NCBI RefSeq assembly: GCF_963921235.1
Contig: NC_086098.1
Span: 8,308,001 to 8,372,000 of the forward strand
Length of the DNA stretch: 64,000 nucleotides
From: Mobula hypostoma
Taxonomy: Eukaryota
Direction: 5' to 3'
This document shows positions 37,001 through 49,789 of the stretch, piece by piece; the stretch's first letter is position 1, and every line of letters begins with the position of its first letter. The notes under the pieces are model-generated. The model saw only the letters and a program-made list of their open reading frames with translations. It ran no database searches and was not told where the DNA came from. Both the position numbers and the translations under genes were made by a program.

Positions 37001-39084
37001 CTACTTCTACGGACAAAAGTTTACACTAGTGACAGATCACCAGCCCCTTGTGTCTATTTTCAATCCCAGGAAGGGAATTCCATTGATGTCTGCTACCCTG
37101 TTACAACGTTGGGCACTGTTCCTAGGAGCCCACTCTCATGATGCATAGTTCAAGGGTACCAGACAACACAGCAATGCCGATGGTTTGTCACGTCTTCCAC
37201 TGTTGGCAACTGAAGAAGAAAAGTCTTCATACTGTGACCCAGCAGAAGTGTTCCACAACACATTGGTAGACCAGCTACCGGTAACAAATTCCGAAATACA
37301 AAGGAAAACAAGGATGAGCAGACATCAAAAGTCTATGAAATCACCATGCAAGGACGGCCAACTCATGGTAACCCTTTGTTTCCAGGGTTCACAGCGAGAC
37401 AAGTCCAATCGTCGGTATGTCAAAAAACACTGATGTGTGGATCTCATGTTGTGGTTCCCTCTAAACTGCACACCGGAGTGTTGGAAAATCTGCATGAAGG
37501 ACACCTGGGTACAGTCAAGATGAAGACTTTCACCCAGAGCAACGTGCAATGGCCAGGAGCAGATAGAAAAGATTAAAGACTTGACCAAATGTTCGACATG
37601 CCACAAAGTTCAAATGCGCCCCCCCATGAGTACCATTACACCCACAGGAGTGGCTGTCCTCACCATGGTAAAGAGTACATATTGACTTTGCTGACCCATT
37701 CATGAACTCCATGTTTCTGATTTCTGTGGATGCTCATTCAAAGTGGCTGGAGGTCAGACCAATGAAGTCAACCACATCAGAAAAGACTGCTTCCGCTTTG
37801 AGGACAGTTTCTCCAGAAATGGCTTACCTGAACAAACTTTGAGTGACAATGGACCACAATACATGTCACAAGAGTTCAGAGTATTCATGGAAAAAAAATG
37901 GCATCTGACATTTCAAGTCAGCTGCTCACCGCCCAGCAGCGAATGGGTTAGCTGAAAGGTTTATCCAAGCCTTCAAGAAATCCATTAAAGTAATGGACAA
38001 GGAAGACATTTCTCTACTACAGCACAAGGTGGACAACTTCCTTTTAGTGTATTGGAACTCTGTTCATGCGATGACACATCAAACACCTGCAATGCTGTTC
38101 ATGAACAAAACCTGAGATCTTGCATTGACCCCCTGAAACCAAATCTACGGAGGGAAGTACGGAATAAACAGTTCAGCCAGTTGCCAAGTGAAGCAGCAAG
38201 GAGCTTCGTGATTGGACAGGAAGTCCTAACACATGATTACCGAGAAGACAAGTGGATACCCGGTAGGATAACTACAAGAACCAGACCACTGATGTACACA
38301 GTGGATGTTGGAGATCAGACAGGGAGACATCATGTGGACCAGATAATGGATGCTCAGCCAACGAATACACCTGAATTGACTGCATCCATCAAGACGGACA
38401 CATTACAGCCACTGGACTTGCCTCATGGTGATGATCATGTTACCGACAGCAACATGACTCCAGCAACAGAGAAAGTTGTCTTAGACAAGGCACCTGCCAG
38501 GCTTGGTGCCCCTCCACAGGTCCAAGGGTGCTATCCTGAAAGAAACAGTGCACCACCCAAAAGACTGAAACTTTACAACTGTGAAGCTACTTGTGGACTG
38601 TTAATGTGAAAACATGTTTATTTGAATATGGTTTGTTAAATGGAAGTTGAATCTTCTGTTACATATACAATTTTGAGTGTTTTGCTGCATATACAGTTTT
38701 ACGTTACATTAATCTATAGGGGAAGGAAGTGTAATGCATGGATCAATTGCTTTTTGCGCACTGACTCCCCTGAGCATTACTTTGACTGATAACTTCCCCA
38801 TGTGCATTGATCTGTTGCTCTCTCTCTCTGCAAAGTAAATATACCAGTTAATCTCACCTCTGAGTGTGTGCTTTTATTTAATTGGTATGTATTTGTACAG
38901 ACACAACAAGAATGGGCAGACAGGTTCAAGCTGACAGGAAGGTGACAGTAACTCAAATAACCAAGTGTTACAACAGTGGTGTGCAGAAGAGCATTTCTGA
39001 ACACACAACACGCCAAACCTTGAAGTGTATGGGCTACAGCCACAGGGGGTTCCACGACTGTACTAATAAAGTGGTCACTGCATG
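34041..39084 (+). mobile_element. Tc1-like remnant (34041-34436 + 38909-39084) hosting a Gypsy insertion
   Basis: Ends TA-CACTTAGTGGCCACTTTATTAG and CTAATAAAGTGGTCACTGCATG-TA. The body is continuous across the Gypsy insert. Confidence 0.85.
34437..38908 (+). mobile_element. Full-length decayed Gypsy LTR retrotransposon (gag-PR-RT-RH-IN pseudogene)
   Basis: LTRs start TGTAATGCATGGATC at 34437 and 38730. PPT AGGGGAAGGAAG at 38718-38729. Perfect TSD AGAAT (34432-34436, 38909-38913). Gag CYRCGK, protease ELNTGSALSVI, RT YPDDILVTG, RH PYGIGVILSH, IN LHEGHLG and SDNGPQY. Many stops and frameshifts. Confidence 0.96.
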
Positions 39085-39214
39085 TAGTTTGTATTGAGAA
39101 AGGAGAAATCATTAAACTAATTTGTGCTCCTGTACTTTTTTCCTAGTAGCATTAGTTACTGACAATCAATGAGACAAGAATCATTATTTTCCTCATAAAT
39201 CACACTATATCCTT

Positions 39215-39552
39215 TAGAAACATAGAAACATAGAAAATAGGTGCAGGAGTAGGCCATTCGGCCCTTCGAGCCTGCACCGCCATTTATTATGATCATGGCT
39301 GATCATCCAACTCAGAACCCTGCACCAGCCTTCCCTCCATACCCCCTGATCCCCGTAGCCACAAGGGCCATATTTAACTCCCTCTTAAATATAGCCAATG
39401 AACTGGCCTCAACTGTTTCCTGTGGCAGAGAATTCCACAGATTCACCACTCTCTGTGTGAAGAAGTTTTTCCTAATCTCAGTCCTAAAAGGCTTCCCCTT
39501 TATCCTCAAACTGTGACCCCTCGTTCTGGACTTCCCCAACATCGGGAACATC
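39215..39552 (-). mobile_element. Young CR1 3' end
   Basis: Encodes SRTRGHSLRIKG..NFFTQRVVNLWN. (TTTCTATG)n tail. Same subfamily at 46652-46815 (+). Confidence 0.9.
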
Positions 39553-41311
39553 ATTTAGGAGCTAAAACACCTACCACTTTATATCTTCTCTTCTCACCAG
39601 CGAGGGAAGCGAACAGTCTTTACAGGTGAAGCAGGAATTCACCTTTGCTCATTCCAGTCTAATGGATGACATCCAGTTTTCATAATTTGATCTTGTCTAC
39701 AGAGCTGCGAGATACTGGAACTTGGAGCAAGAGACAACCTGCTGGAACAGTTCAACAGGTCAGAATCAGAATTTAATGGGATCACAAGACTCTGTTGGAC
39801 GTTGTTAATGTAGTATACTGTAAGTCCGATTCACTAATTCATTGGCAAGACCATCTGTGAGGGAGCTATATTGCCTTGGTTGTGGCAAGGACTAGGCCAA
39901 AGCCGTGGGCTCACCTGTTGGAGCTGCCCAGGATAGGATACGTCGAGGCGGTGTGGTAGAGGCTCTTTGGGGTGCATTGGAATCTGCACTGAGTTGAGGC
40001 CTGGCCCCCACCTGTTGGTGCTGCTCTCGAGTGCTTGCTCACTGTTGCTCACTGGTGTTCACTTGGTGAAAGAACATGCTAGACCAGGATTACTCAGGGA
40101 CTAGGGCCGTATTTTTCTGTAATTTGTGACTATGTTTATCTGAAATTGTAACCATACTGTATGTGCCATTTGTGCTGTGTGCTGCTGGTAATGTTTTTTG
40201 CACCTTGGCCCCAGAGGAACACTGATTCGTCCAGCTGTATAGTTGGATGATAATTATAGCTGAACTTGGATCAGAATCAGAATCTGGTTTATTATCGTGA
40301 AATTTATTGTTTTGTGGCAGAAACTTCAGGGAGATTCAAGAAAAGGATTTCTGCACATCAAAACATACACCTGCATCATTCAATTCAATGAGCAACGCAA
40401 TCCAAGGATGTGCTGAGTGGCTGCAGCCCACAAGTGTCGCCACGCTTCCTGCGCCAACATAGCATGCCCACAACTTGTACGTCTGGTACAACTGGTATGC
40501 CTGGAATGTGGGAGGAAACCCACACAATTACAGGGAGAATGTACAAACTCTTTACAGACAGTGGTGGGAAATTAACCCCAATCGCTGGCGCTGTTTAGTG
40601 TTACACCAACTGCTATACGATTGTGGCAGCTGTAAGAGGAAATATTGATGCTTCAAGTGAAAACCGAATGCTGACACCTCCTTTCCTCCCACAACCTGTT
40701 GAGTTCTTCGAGCTGATTGTCTGGTGGTTTCCTTGCGTTGCGGATACCAAACTCATATTGGGTGACCACTTTTCAGACTACCTCTGTTCAGCCAATAAGC
40801 CTTCCTGCCCTCATTTTAATTCTCCATCTTGCTCTCACTTCAACTTTCCTACCCAAAGAAAGTCATGGTGAATGAGGAAGATCACCTCATTGTTTAAGTT
40901 AGTACATGATTGACATACAGTCAATTAAACAATTTCAGACAGAAAGCAGACTTTCTCATTTGTATCACAACAGGATTGTTCTGGTAACAGGTCACCAACC
41001 TATAATATTAACTTATTATTCCCACAGTTGTTACACCATCTCTTGAGTCTTCCCAGCATTTTATTTCATTTTTCTAACAATTACAATGCATTATAAGACC
41101 ATAAGACCACAGAAATAGGGGCAGAATTAGGATATTTGGCCCATTGAGTCTGCTCTGTCATTTCATCATGGCCGGCCCATTTTCCCTCTCAGCCCTGCCT
41201 TCTACCCATAGCCCATCATGAAGAAAATATCAAACTCTGCTTTAAATATCTGCAATGACGTGGTCTCCACAACCTTCTATGGCAACGAATTCCACAGACT
41301 CACCATTCCCA

Positions 41312-42634
41312 CATCATGAAGACCCTGGAGAGACTTGTTCTGGAGCTGCTCCGGCCTATGGTCAGGCCACACTTAGATCCCCTCCAGTTCACCTACCAGC
41401 CCCGACTAGGAGTTGAGGATGCCATCGTCTACCTGCTGAATCGTGTCTACGCCCACTTGGACAAGCCAGCGAGCACTGTGAGGGTCACGTTTTTTGACTT
41501 CTCCAGTGCGTTCAACACCATCCACCCTGCTTTGCTAGGGGAGAAGCTGACAGTGATGCAGGTGGATAATTTCCTGGTGTCATGGATTCTTGATTACCTG
41601 ACTGGCAGACCACAGTACATGTGCTTGCAACACTGTGTGTCCGACAGAGTGATCAGCAGCACTGGGCCTCCACAGGGGACTGTCTTGTCTCCCTTTCTCT
41701 TCACCATTTACACCTCGGACTTCAACTACTGCACAGAGTCTTGTCATCTTCAGAAGTTTTTTGATGACTCTGCCATAGATGGATGCATCAGCAACGGAGA
41801 TGAGACTGAGTACAGGGCTACGGTAGGAAACTTTGTCACATGGTGCGAGCAGAATTACCTGCAGCTTAATGTGAAAAAGACTAAGGAGCTGGTGGTAGAC
41901 CTGAGGAGTGCTAAGGTACTGGTGACTCCTGTTTCCATCCAGGGGGTCAGTGTGGACATGGTGGAGGATTACAAATACCTGGGGATACGAATTGACAATA
42001 AACCGGACTGGTCAAAGAACACTGAGGCTGTCTACAAGAAGGGTCAGAGCCGTCTCTATTTCCTGAGGAGACTGAGGTCCTTTAACATCTGCCGGACGAT
42101 GCTGAGGATGTTCTACGAGTCTGTGGTGGCCAGTGCTATCATGTTTGCTGTTGTGTGCTGGGGCAGCAGGCTGAGGGTACCAGACACCAACAGAATCAAC
42201 AAACGTATTTGTAAGGCCAGTGATGTTGTGGGGATGGAACTGGACTCTCTGACGGTGGTGTCTGAAAAGAGGATGCTGTCTAAGTTGCATGCCATCTTGG
42301 ACAATGTCTCCCATCCACTACATAATGTACTGGGTGGGCACAGAAGTACATTCAGCCAGAGACTCATTCCACCGAGATGCAACACAGAGCGTCATAGGAA
42401 GTCATTCCTGCCTGTGGCCAACAAACTTTACAACTCCTCCCTTGGAGGGTCAGACACCCTGAGCCAATAGGTCCTGGACTTATTTCATATTTCATAATTT
42501 ACTGGCATAATTTACATATTACTATTTAACTATTTATGGTTTTATTACTAATTATTTATGGTGCAACTGTAACGAAAGCCAGTTTCCCCTAGGATCAATA
42601 AAGTATGACTATGACTATGACTATGACTATGACT
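41312..42634 (+). mobile_element. Rex1-type LINE, 5'-truncated, with uninterrupted 384-aa RT ORF (41316-42470)
   Basis: Encodes LDPLQFTYQP, FFDFSSAFNTI, GPPQGTVLSPFLF, QKFFDDSAI, LNVKKTKELVVD and YKYLG. AATAAA is followed by (GACTAT)n at 42605-42634. Confidence 0.95.
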
Positions 42635-43021
42635 TTGGCTAAAGAAATTCAGCCTAAATGGACTTCCTTCTATTCTGAGGCTGTGCCCTCTGGTCTCAGA
42701 TTCCCCAATCATTGGAAACATCCTCTCCACATCCACTCTGTTGAGGCCTTTCAATATTAGATAGTTTTCAATGAGTTCCCCTCTCATTCTTCTGAATTCC
42801 AGTGGATACAGGCCCAGAGCTACCAATCAGTCTTCTTATGGTAACCCTTTCAATCCCGGTATCATTCTCATGAACTTCCTCTGTCAACTTCCTCTCTCCA
42901 AATATCAACAAATCCTTTCTTAGATAAGGGACCCAAAACAGCTCACAGTACTCCAACTGAGGACTTAACAGTGCCTAATAAAGCCTCAACATTACATCTT
43001 TTTTATTATATTCTCGTCCTT

Positions 43022-43256
43022 CAAGAGACTTTGAGACTTCTTTTTTACCGTGCCCATGGTCTGTTCTTTATCAAATTACGGTATTGCTTTGCACTGTTGT
43101 AACTATATGTTATAATTATGTGGTTTTTGTCAGGTTTTCAGTCTTGGTTTGTCTTGTGTTTCTGTGATATCACACTGGAGGTACATTGTATCATTTCTTA
43201 ATGTATGCATTACTAAATGACAATAAAAGAGGACTGCGTGTCCTCATAATCTAATC
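43022..43256 (+). mobile_element. 3' end of the (TAATC)-tailed element seen at 1-535
   Basis: High identity to ~300-535. Inserted in CR1 with a possible TCCT duplication. Confidence 0.8.
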
Positions 43257-44821
43257 CTCTTGAAATGAATGCTAACATCGCATTTGCCTTCCTCACCACT
43301 GACTTGACCTGCAAATTAACCTTTAAGGACTCCTGAATGAGGAATTACAAGTCACACTATATCTCATATTTCTTGTAATTTTTTAAAATTTTCTTTCTTC
43401 TCAACTCTGATATTATCCTTCAACTCTGATTAACAAACCTTCCCTTCCTCTCTCATCTGACACTGTCACCACTTGAGTTGTTTCATCTCTCATTGTGTCT
43501 ACCCCATCATGCACTCTAATGAGTTCTTCTGGCCCGTGCAGGGATTTTAGAACACCTCAGTTGGTTAAATGCTGTTTAGCGAAAGATGTTGTCGAAAAAG
43601 TTGTAGAAAAATTTACTAAGGACAATCATGATCATGTGACTGTGACCGCCCATGTCATACAACATGCCACATAATGATGGTCCCTAATGGAAGAGGGGAG
43701 AAGAGAAATCGTCCGAGGTAGGTGGGGTCTTTGATTATGCTGGCTGCTTTACTGAGGTAAAAGAGAAGGATAGACAGAGTGCATAACGGAAATACTTGCT
43801 ATATGATTAGCTAATCTGCGACCACAGCTCTCTGCAGCTTTTTGAAGTCACACACAGAGCAACTGGCATCAGCAGCTATATGATAACTAAACAAAAACTG
43901 TGCTCATCTGTTGTACATCTGAGAAAGGTATCTTTTCAGTTTCAGTGCCTTCTGAAAGAGCCAAGTCAGTTCTTCCATCTTCACCAGTGCGTCTCTTTAA
44001 ATAGCCAGAAAAGCAACAAATTAATATGAACTCCAAGATCTTCTGAGACAGTTTAAATTTATGTCTCTAAAGATGGAAATGCCCATTACTTAGATAATAG
44101 TGTCATTTGATGCACACCTGATGCTAGGAAAATGTCAAGCACGTTAAAATGAATAGTGCAGTTTTGGATCTTAAGTGATTTCATTTACAAGTACAGTCTG
44201 CTCCAGGAAAAGTCAGAATTAGACCGTAGAGTACGGACCATGAAAGCACATAATACAATATATAATCTTCAGAATTAAATAGACAAGCTCTAAGCAGTTA
44301 CTCCCCTCTGGTTATTTGTTAACACTGATGATTGTGCAGTGCCATTCTGCAGAAGGCTCCCAGAATAAATTCAGTCAAATGATGGATGGTCGTCACTTTG
44401 AGTAATGATACTCAAGGCACATTCATCTCATTATTGTACCCACTCTCATTATTTTTCTCTTCAAATGTGTGCATTCCAATTCATGAAAAAGTTCTGCAAA
44501 GATTTTGATTGAAGTTCTGTGTCAAGCTCTTCAATGCTTCCATTTGTTAAGCTGAGAACTTTAAGCCAGGAAAGCCTGGTTCCCGGGATTCTCCCAGGCC
44601 ATTTGTCAGAATGTCACGATAGTCTTGGTCTCCAAAGTTAGAGAGAAGCAAAAAATTGAAGTGATGTATGTGTGAATCCCATCAGGTCGCAATAGGATTG
44701 GTTTATTTTGATGTTTCCACCCAAATATCAAAATTTCATTCACTCCTCATTACTTATCTACAGGAAATGATATTCTGGGAAAGCCAAATTGTACCACATT
44801 GTAAGTAATTTTGATATTGTA

Positions 44822-45051
44822 GGGAGGGAGGGAACGTCGACTCAGACCATGAGGGGCCTGCATCGGGCACTTTCATGCCTTGCAAGGCGCAGATTGGAAG
44901 TCTGTGTGGGGCGCCACTCCTCGCACAGACTAGAGCAATGTGTGATTAAGTGCCTTGCTCAAGGACGCAAACATGCTGCCACAGCTGAGGCTCGAACCAG
45001 TGACCTTCAAATCACTAGACGAGCGCCTTAACCACTTGGCCACATGCCACG
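44822..45051 (-). mobile_element. tRNA-headed CORE-like SINE variant with a different 3' tail
   Basis: Head and central block match 24940-25060, but the tail is unrelated and ends (CCCT)n. TSD TGATATTGTA at 44812-44821 and 45052-45061. Confidence 0.85.
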
Positions 45052-45486
45052 TGATATTGTAAGTATTCAGAAAATGATTCCATCTGCAGGAGAAGTCAAT
45101 ATTGAAAAGGTTCAGACTTAAGGTAATTGGTTGAAGTCAAGGGAGTTGAGGAGTATTACTTTTAAGCACTGAGATGTTTATATATATCTATATGTGTGTG
45201 TGTTTACAGTACGGGGCAAAATTCTTAGGCACCCAAGATTTTTTATCTTGATGGTATCAGATGGTATGGCCACCTCAGATCTCAACATCATTGAAGCTGA
45301 CTGGGATTACCTGGAGACACAGAACTAAGCGAGACAGCCAAAGTCTGCAGAACAGCAATGGCAAGTTCTCCAAGAATGCTTGGAACAACCTACCGACGGA
45401 TTTTCTTATAAAACTGTATGACTGTGTACTGAAGAAAACTGATGCATTTAAAGGCAAAGGGTGGTCACATCAAATATTGATTTGAT

Positions 45487-46233
45487 CAATATTTGACACT
45501 TGTCGCTCCTTAGTGATCTCCCTCTTAGTGCTTATCCTTGCAAGGGGAACAAGTGCCACACTTGCTCCTGCGTCTCCTTCCTCACTACCATTCAGGTCCC
45601 AAACAGTCCTTCCAGGTGAGGTGATATTTCACCTGCAAATCTGTTGGGGTTATCTACAATGTTTGGTGCTCCCCGTGTGACCTCCTAGATATCGGTGACA
45701 TCCAACGTAGATTAGGAAACTGCTTCATCGAGCGCCTTCTCTCTGTCCATCACAAAAACCGGGATTTCCCAGTAACCACCCATTTCAATTCTCCTTCCAA
45801 TTCGCATTCTGACATGTCAGGCAATGCCCTCCTCTATTGCAATGAGGAAGCCACACTCTTCTTCCCTGCCCATCACCTCCCTCTGGTATGCCTCCCCCTT
45901 CCCTTTCTTCCATGGTCTTTTATCATCTCCTATCAGAATCCCCTTTCTCCAGTCCTTTATTTATTTTACCAATCAACTTCCCAGCTCTTTACTTCACCCC
46001 CTCCCCCTCTCCTAGTTTCACCTATCACCTACCACCTTGAATTTCTTCCTCCACTCCCCCTACCTTCTTAATCTGAGTCCTTCCGTATTCCCTTCCAGTC
46101 CTGATGAAGGGTCGTGGCCTGAAATGTTGACTGTTTACTCTTTTCCATAGATGCTGCCTGGCCTGCTGAGTTCCTTCAGTATTTCATGTGTGTTGCTTTG
46201 GATATCCAGCATCTGCCGATGTTTTCATGGTTG
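45487..46233 (+). mobile_element. 5'-truncated Penelope-like (Neptune-type) element: Cys linker + GIY-YIG remnant + pLTR, 15-bp TSD
   Basis: Conceptual PCKGNKCHTC..FTCKSVGVIYNVWCSPCDLLDIG..RRLGNCFIER. TSD AAATATTGATTTGAT at 45472-45486 and 46234-46248. Confidence 0.85.
46096..46133 (+). ncRNA. Minimal type I hammerhead ribozyme motif in a Penelope pLTR
   Basis: CAGTC CTGATGA AGG GTCGTGG CCT GAAA T GTT GACTG: perfect 5-bp stem I, conserved core, GUU site. Confidence 0.7.
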
Positions 46234-47249
46234 AAATATTGATTTGATTTAGCTTTTTACTGTTTACTCCTCTTTATAGTAAATTTATTGACATTTAGAA
46301 ACTTTTCATTTCGTTATTTTTGAAAAAGTATTTGCTTTACAGATTTTTTTTTACATGCACATAAGACACTGCATATGTACATACAGAGGATTCCAGTTAA
46401 TTGGACCATCGGTCAGGAGGGCCACTCATTTGTACCAAATCTTAAAGAAAAAAAAACTAATTGAGAAAGAGCTGGGATTCCCATCATTTACTTGGGTCAG
46501 TATGCTGCTTAACTGGGGACAGGAGACTTGCTGAAGTGTCTAACTAGTGTCAGTCACTTGTATGGACGTTAAACACTACACCATGCTTAGAGCAAACAGT
46601 TGGTAAATAGGGTCAGTTGCATGTGTTTGTGTTCAAAAAGCAGTGATTTTTGGGAGTTAGATATGGCCCTTGTGGCTACAGGGGTCAGGGGGTATGGAGG
46701 GAAGGCTGGGGCAGGGTTCTGAGTTGGAGGATCAGCCATGATCATAATAAATGGCGGTGCAGGCTCGAAGGGCCGAATGGCCTACTCCTGCACCTATTTT
46801 CTATGTTTCTATGTTTTTATATATAAGAAAAGCACAACCGCTGGATATTTTGAGGGTTTTTTGGGGGGCTCAATCAAAGCCTTTTCACTGGCATACTATA
46901 TGCTTCATCTGCAGGTTTATCACCCTCTGTGATTCCTGTTGCCTTCCAGATTGTCTGTACATCCATATTGCGATCCTCTGAAGGTGCAACAGTAACAAAC
47001 CTTCACCTCTGCTTAATTTTCACCAGCTTCACGCAGGAAGTGATACTGACGGCTCGACAGAACACATATCCTCTGCTATATAAAATTGTTCACATTTGCT
47101 GAATTCAGTGCATTCCAGTTAATTGGGCCTTCAATTAATTGGGGAAGGCATTTAATTGGGAAAACTGTTAAAGAACAAAAACTAATCAAGAAATTAAATG
47201 GATTTCCTTTGACACTATGCTGCTGAAGTTTCTAACTAGCGTCTGTCAT

Positions 47250-48851
47250 GTGTACTTGGAGGCAGGAGACAAAATAGGCCAATGTCAGCATGGTTTCCTT
47301 AAGGGGAAATCTTTCCTTGCAACTCTGTTGAAAGTCTTTGAGAAAATAACAGGCAGGACAGATAAAGGAAAGTCAGTGGATGTTCTGAAGGATTTTGACA
47401 AGGTGCCACACATGAGGCTGCTTAAAAAGATAAGAACCCAGGTTATTACAGGAAAGATACCAGCATGGGTAGATTATTGGATGATTGGCAGGAGGAGAGA
47501 GTTGGTCAGGGTCAGCTATGGATGATGCGTCCTAGCTGTCTGGAAACGCAAGCAGTGTGATGTGGAGAGCAAGCTATTGCTCATGTAGCAGTCTCTCCTC
47601 CCCACACATCTGATGAACCCAAATGAACAGCAGAGACCAATACAGTTTGGCACCAGCTGCATCGCAGGAGTTGCCTTAGGGACTCCAGCTCCAGGTTTTT
47701 CCCTTGGAATTTACTCTGGAAGCCTTCCCCATGAGTGGGTATAGCCTCAAGTCAGCAGAGGTTTGAGACCTAAATGAGCAAACAACCACAGCCGACCAGT
47801 TCAAGAGAAAAAGAGTGGGAATAAAGGGAACCTTTTCTGATTGGTTGCCAGTGACTAGTGATGTTCCACAGGGGTCTGTGTTGGGACTGCCTCTTTCCAA
47901 TAATTTGGATGAGGAATTACTGGCTTTGTGGCCAGGTTTGCAGACAATACAAAGATAAGTAGAGGGGAATTGAAGTGTTGAGGAAGCAGGGTGTCTGCTG
48001 AAGGACTTAGACAGATTTGGAGAATGGGCAGAGGAGTGGCAGGAGGAATATAGTGTGGGGAAGTGTATGATCATGCACTTTGGTAAAAGGAATAAAGGCA
48101 TGGACTATTTTCTAAATGGAGATAAAAATCAAACATCCGAGGTACAAAGGGACTTGAGTGAGAGTCCTTGTGCAGGAATCCCTAAAGGTTAATTTGCAGG
48201 TTGAGTTGGTGGTGAGGAAGGCAACTGCGATGTTAGCATTCTTTTCCAGAAGACTAAAATATAAAAGCAAGGATGTAACACTGAGCCTTTATAAAGCACT
48301 AGTGAAGCCCGACTTGGAGTATTGAGAGCAGCTTTGGGCCCCTTACCTAGGAAAATAAGGGCTGGGATTGGAGAAAGTTCAGAGTTGTTCATGAGAATGA
48401 TCCCAGAAATGAAAGGGTAGAGAATTTGATGGCTCTGGGCCTGTTTTCTCTGGAGTTTAGAAGAATAAGGGGGATCGTATTGAAACCTATCGAATGTTGA
48501 AAGGCCAAGATACTGTAGATGTAGAGAGGATGTTTCCTAATATGGGGTAGCCTATAATCAGAGGGCTCAGCCTCAGAATAGGAGAACATCCATTTAGAAC
48601 AGAGGGGTGGAAAAATGTCTTTAGTCAGATGGTGGTGAATCTGTGGAATTCTGTGGAAGCAAAGTCACTGGGTATATTTAAGGTGGAGGTTGATAGGTTC
48701 TTGATTAATCAGGGTGTCAAAGGTTACGGGAAGAAAACAGGAGAATGGGACTGTGAGGTGATAATTAACTGACCATAATGGAATGACAGTGTAGACTCAA
48801 TGGGCCAAATAGCCTAATTCTGCTCCTATGTCGTATGGTCTTATGGTCTTA
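47250..48851 (+). mobile_element. Degraded CR1 RT-to-3' end, interrupted at ~47505-47792
   Basis: Encodes QHGFLKGKSFL and FDKVPHMRLL, and has GTTCCACAGGGGTCTGTGTTGGGA (VPQGSVLG). (TATGGTCT)n tail. Confidence 0.85.
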
Positions 48852-49789
48852 TTTTGTGTGTTGCTCTGTAAGTTCTTTTTAACTAATTGAAGGTTTTCAT
48901 GGGCCTGATTTTTTTCAATTCAGCAAGATGAAAATTGGCTGCAATGTGCAAAAGTTAACAAAGCAGACATTTCTGTATTCTTTGAAATAATTATATTTCT
49001 ATCACTAAATTCTATTGAAAATAATTGTCAAATTTAGAAATATTAATGAATTTGTTGTGATTCCATGGTTTTAAAATGAAACATATTTGAAATCCCATTC
49101 AACTTAATGTCAGTCCTTTTTAATTACGCCTCGAGAATATATGTAAAATTGGAATCTCGTAAATTTTAAGCAATTCCTTTAGGGTCTTGATTTTTTTTTA
49201 CTGAGAATTGTACAGGGAACTTTGACAAAAAGAAACTTTACATTAATTTGTATGAAGAATATTTGGAAAGTATAGACACGTGAAGGAAATAATGAGAGAC
49301 AGTAGAATAAAAGAAAAAGCTGCCTGGAGTGTAAAGCTCACTCTCAAAGAAAATTTCACACATAGTTAGATCGAATTTTATTCAGAATAATATCCCACAT
49401 TCACATATTAACAGCAAAATTCAGTACCTAATTAAAACACACTGGGTATGAAATTGAGTAAGGCTACTTTTCAAACTCCTAATGGATGCAGGTAATGATC
49501 CTACTGCAAAATGACAAAAGGCATGCATATCCTTGGATCTCATTGCAATCAAGACAGTGAACTGCAGTCCACATTCAGGCATTCTTAAGAATTTTATGCA
49601 GTGTGAAAAATTTATTATACTCTCCCTTTTCAATTGCATTTCAGCATCTTCTGACCTCTGTCACCAGCAAGACAAAGCCAATCCCAACATAAAACTTAGC
49701 TTCATGGTCCTTCACCTCTCAAATTTCAACATGTGCATTCAAAGATTTTCTTTTTCACACCACTGTATCGTGTGGTTATTTGAGTTACA

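Larger units (their letters stand above)
41095..43360 (-). mobile_element. Degraded CR1 3' part split by two later insertions (41312-42634, 43022-43256)
   Basis: (TATGGTCT) tail at 41095. Encodes LGLYPLEFRRMRGELI. The CR1 sequence resumes after each insert. Confidence 0.8.
45206..46375 (+). mobile_element. Second Tc1-like family remnant hosting a Penelope insertion
   Basis: Left end TA-CAGTACGGGGCAAAATTCTTAGGCAC. WPPQ..DLNIIE-like transposase motif at 45261-45300. Right end decayed. Confidence 0.65.

Noticed and set aside
41316..42470. 384-aa uninterrupted ORF as a host or domesticated RT gene
   Set aside because: It is 5'-truncated at the start of RT, lacks an endonuclease, has a LINE tail and three near-identical siblings in the window. 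It is simply a young Rex1 copy.
46383..47250. Intact pogo/Tigger-like MITE
   Set aside because: The two TIR-like ends (46383 and ~47106) are in the same orientation, so they are at most two partial copies, and the family assignment is uncertain.
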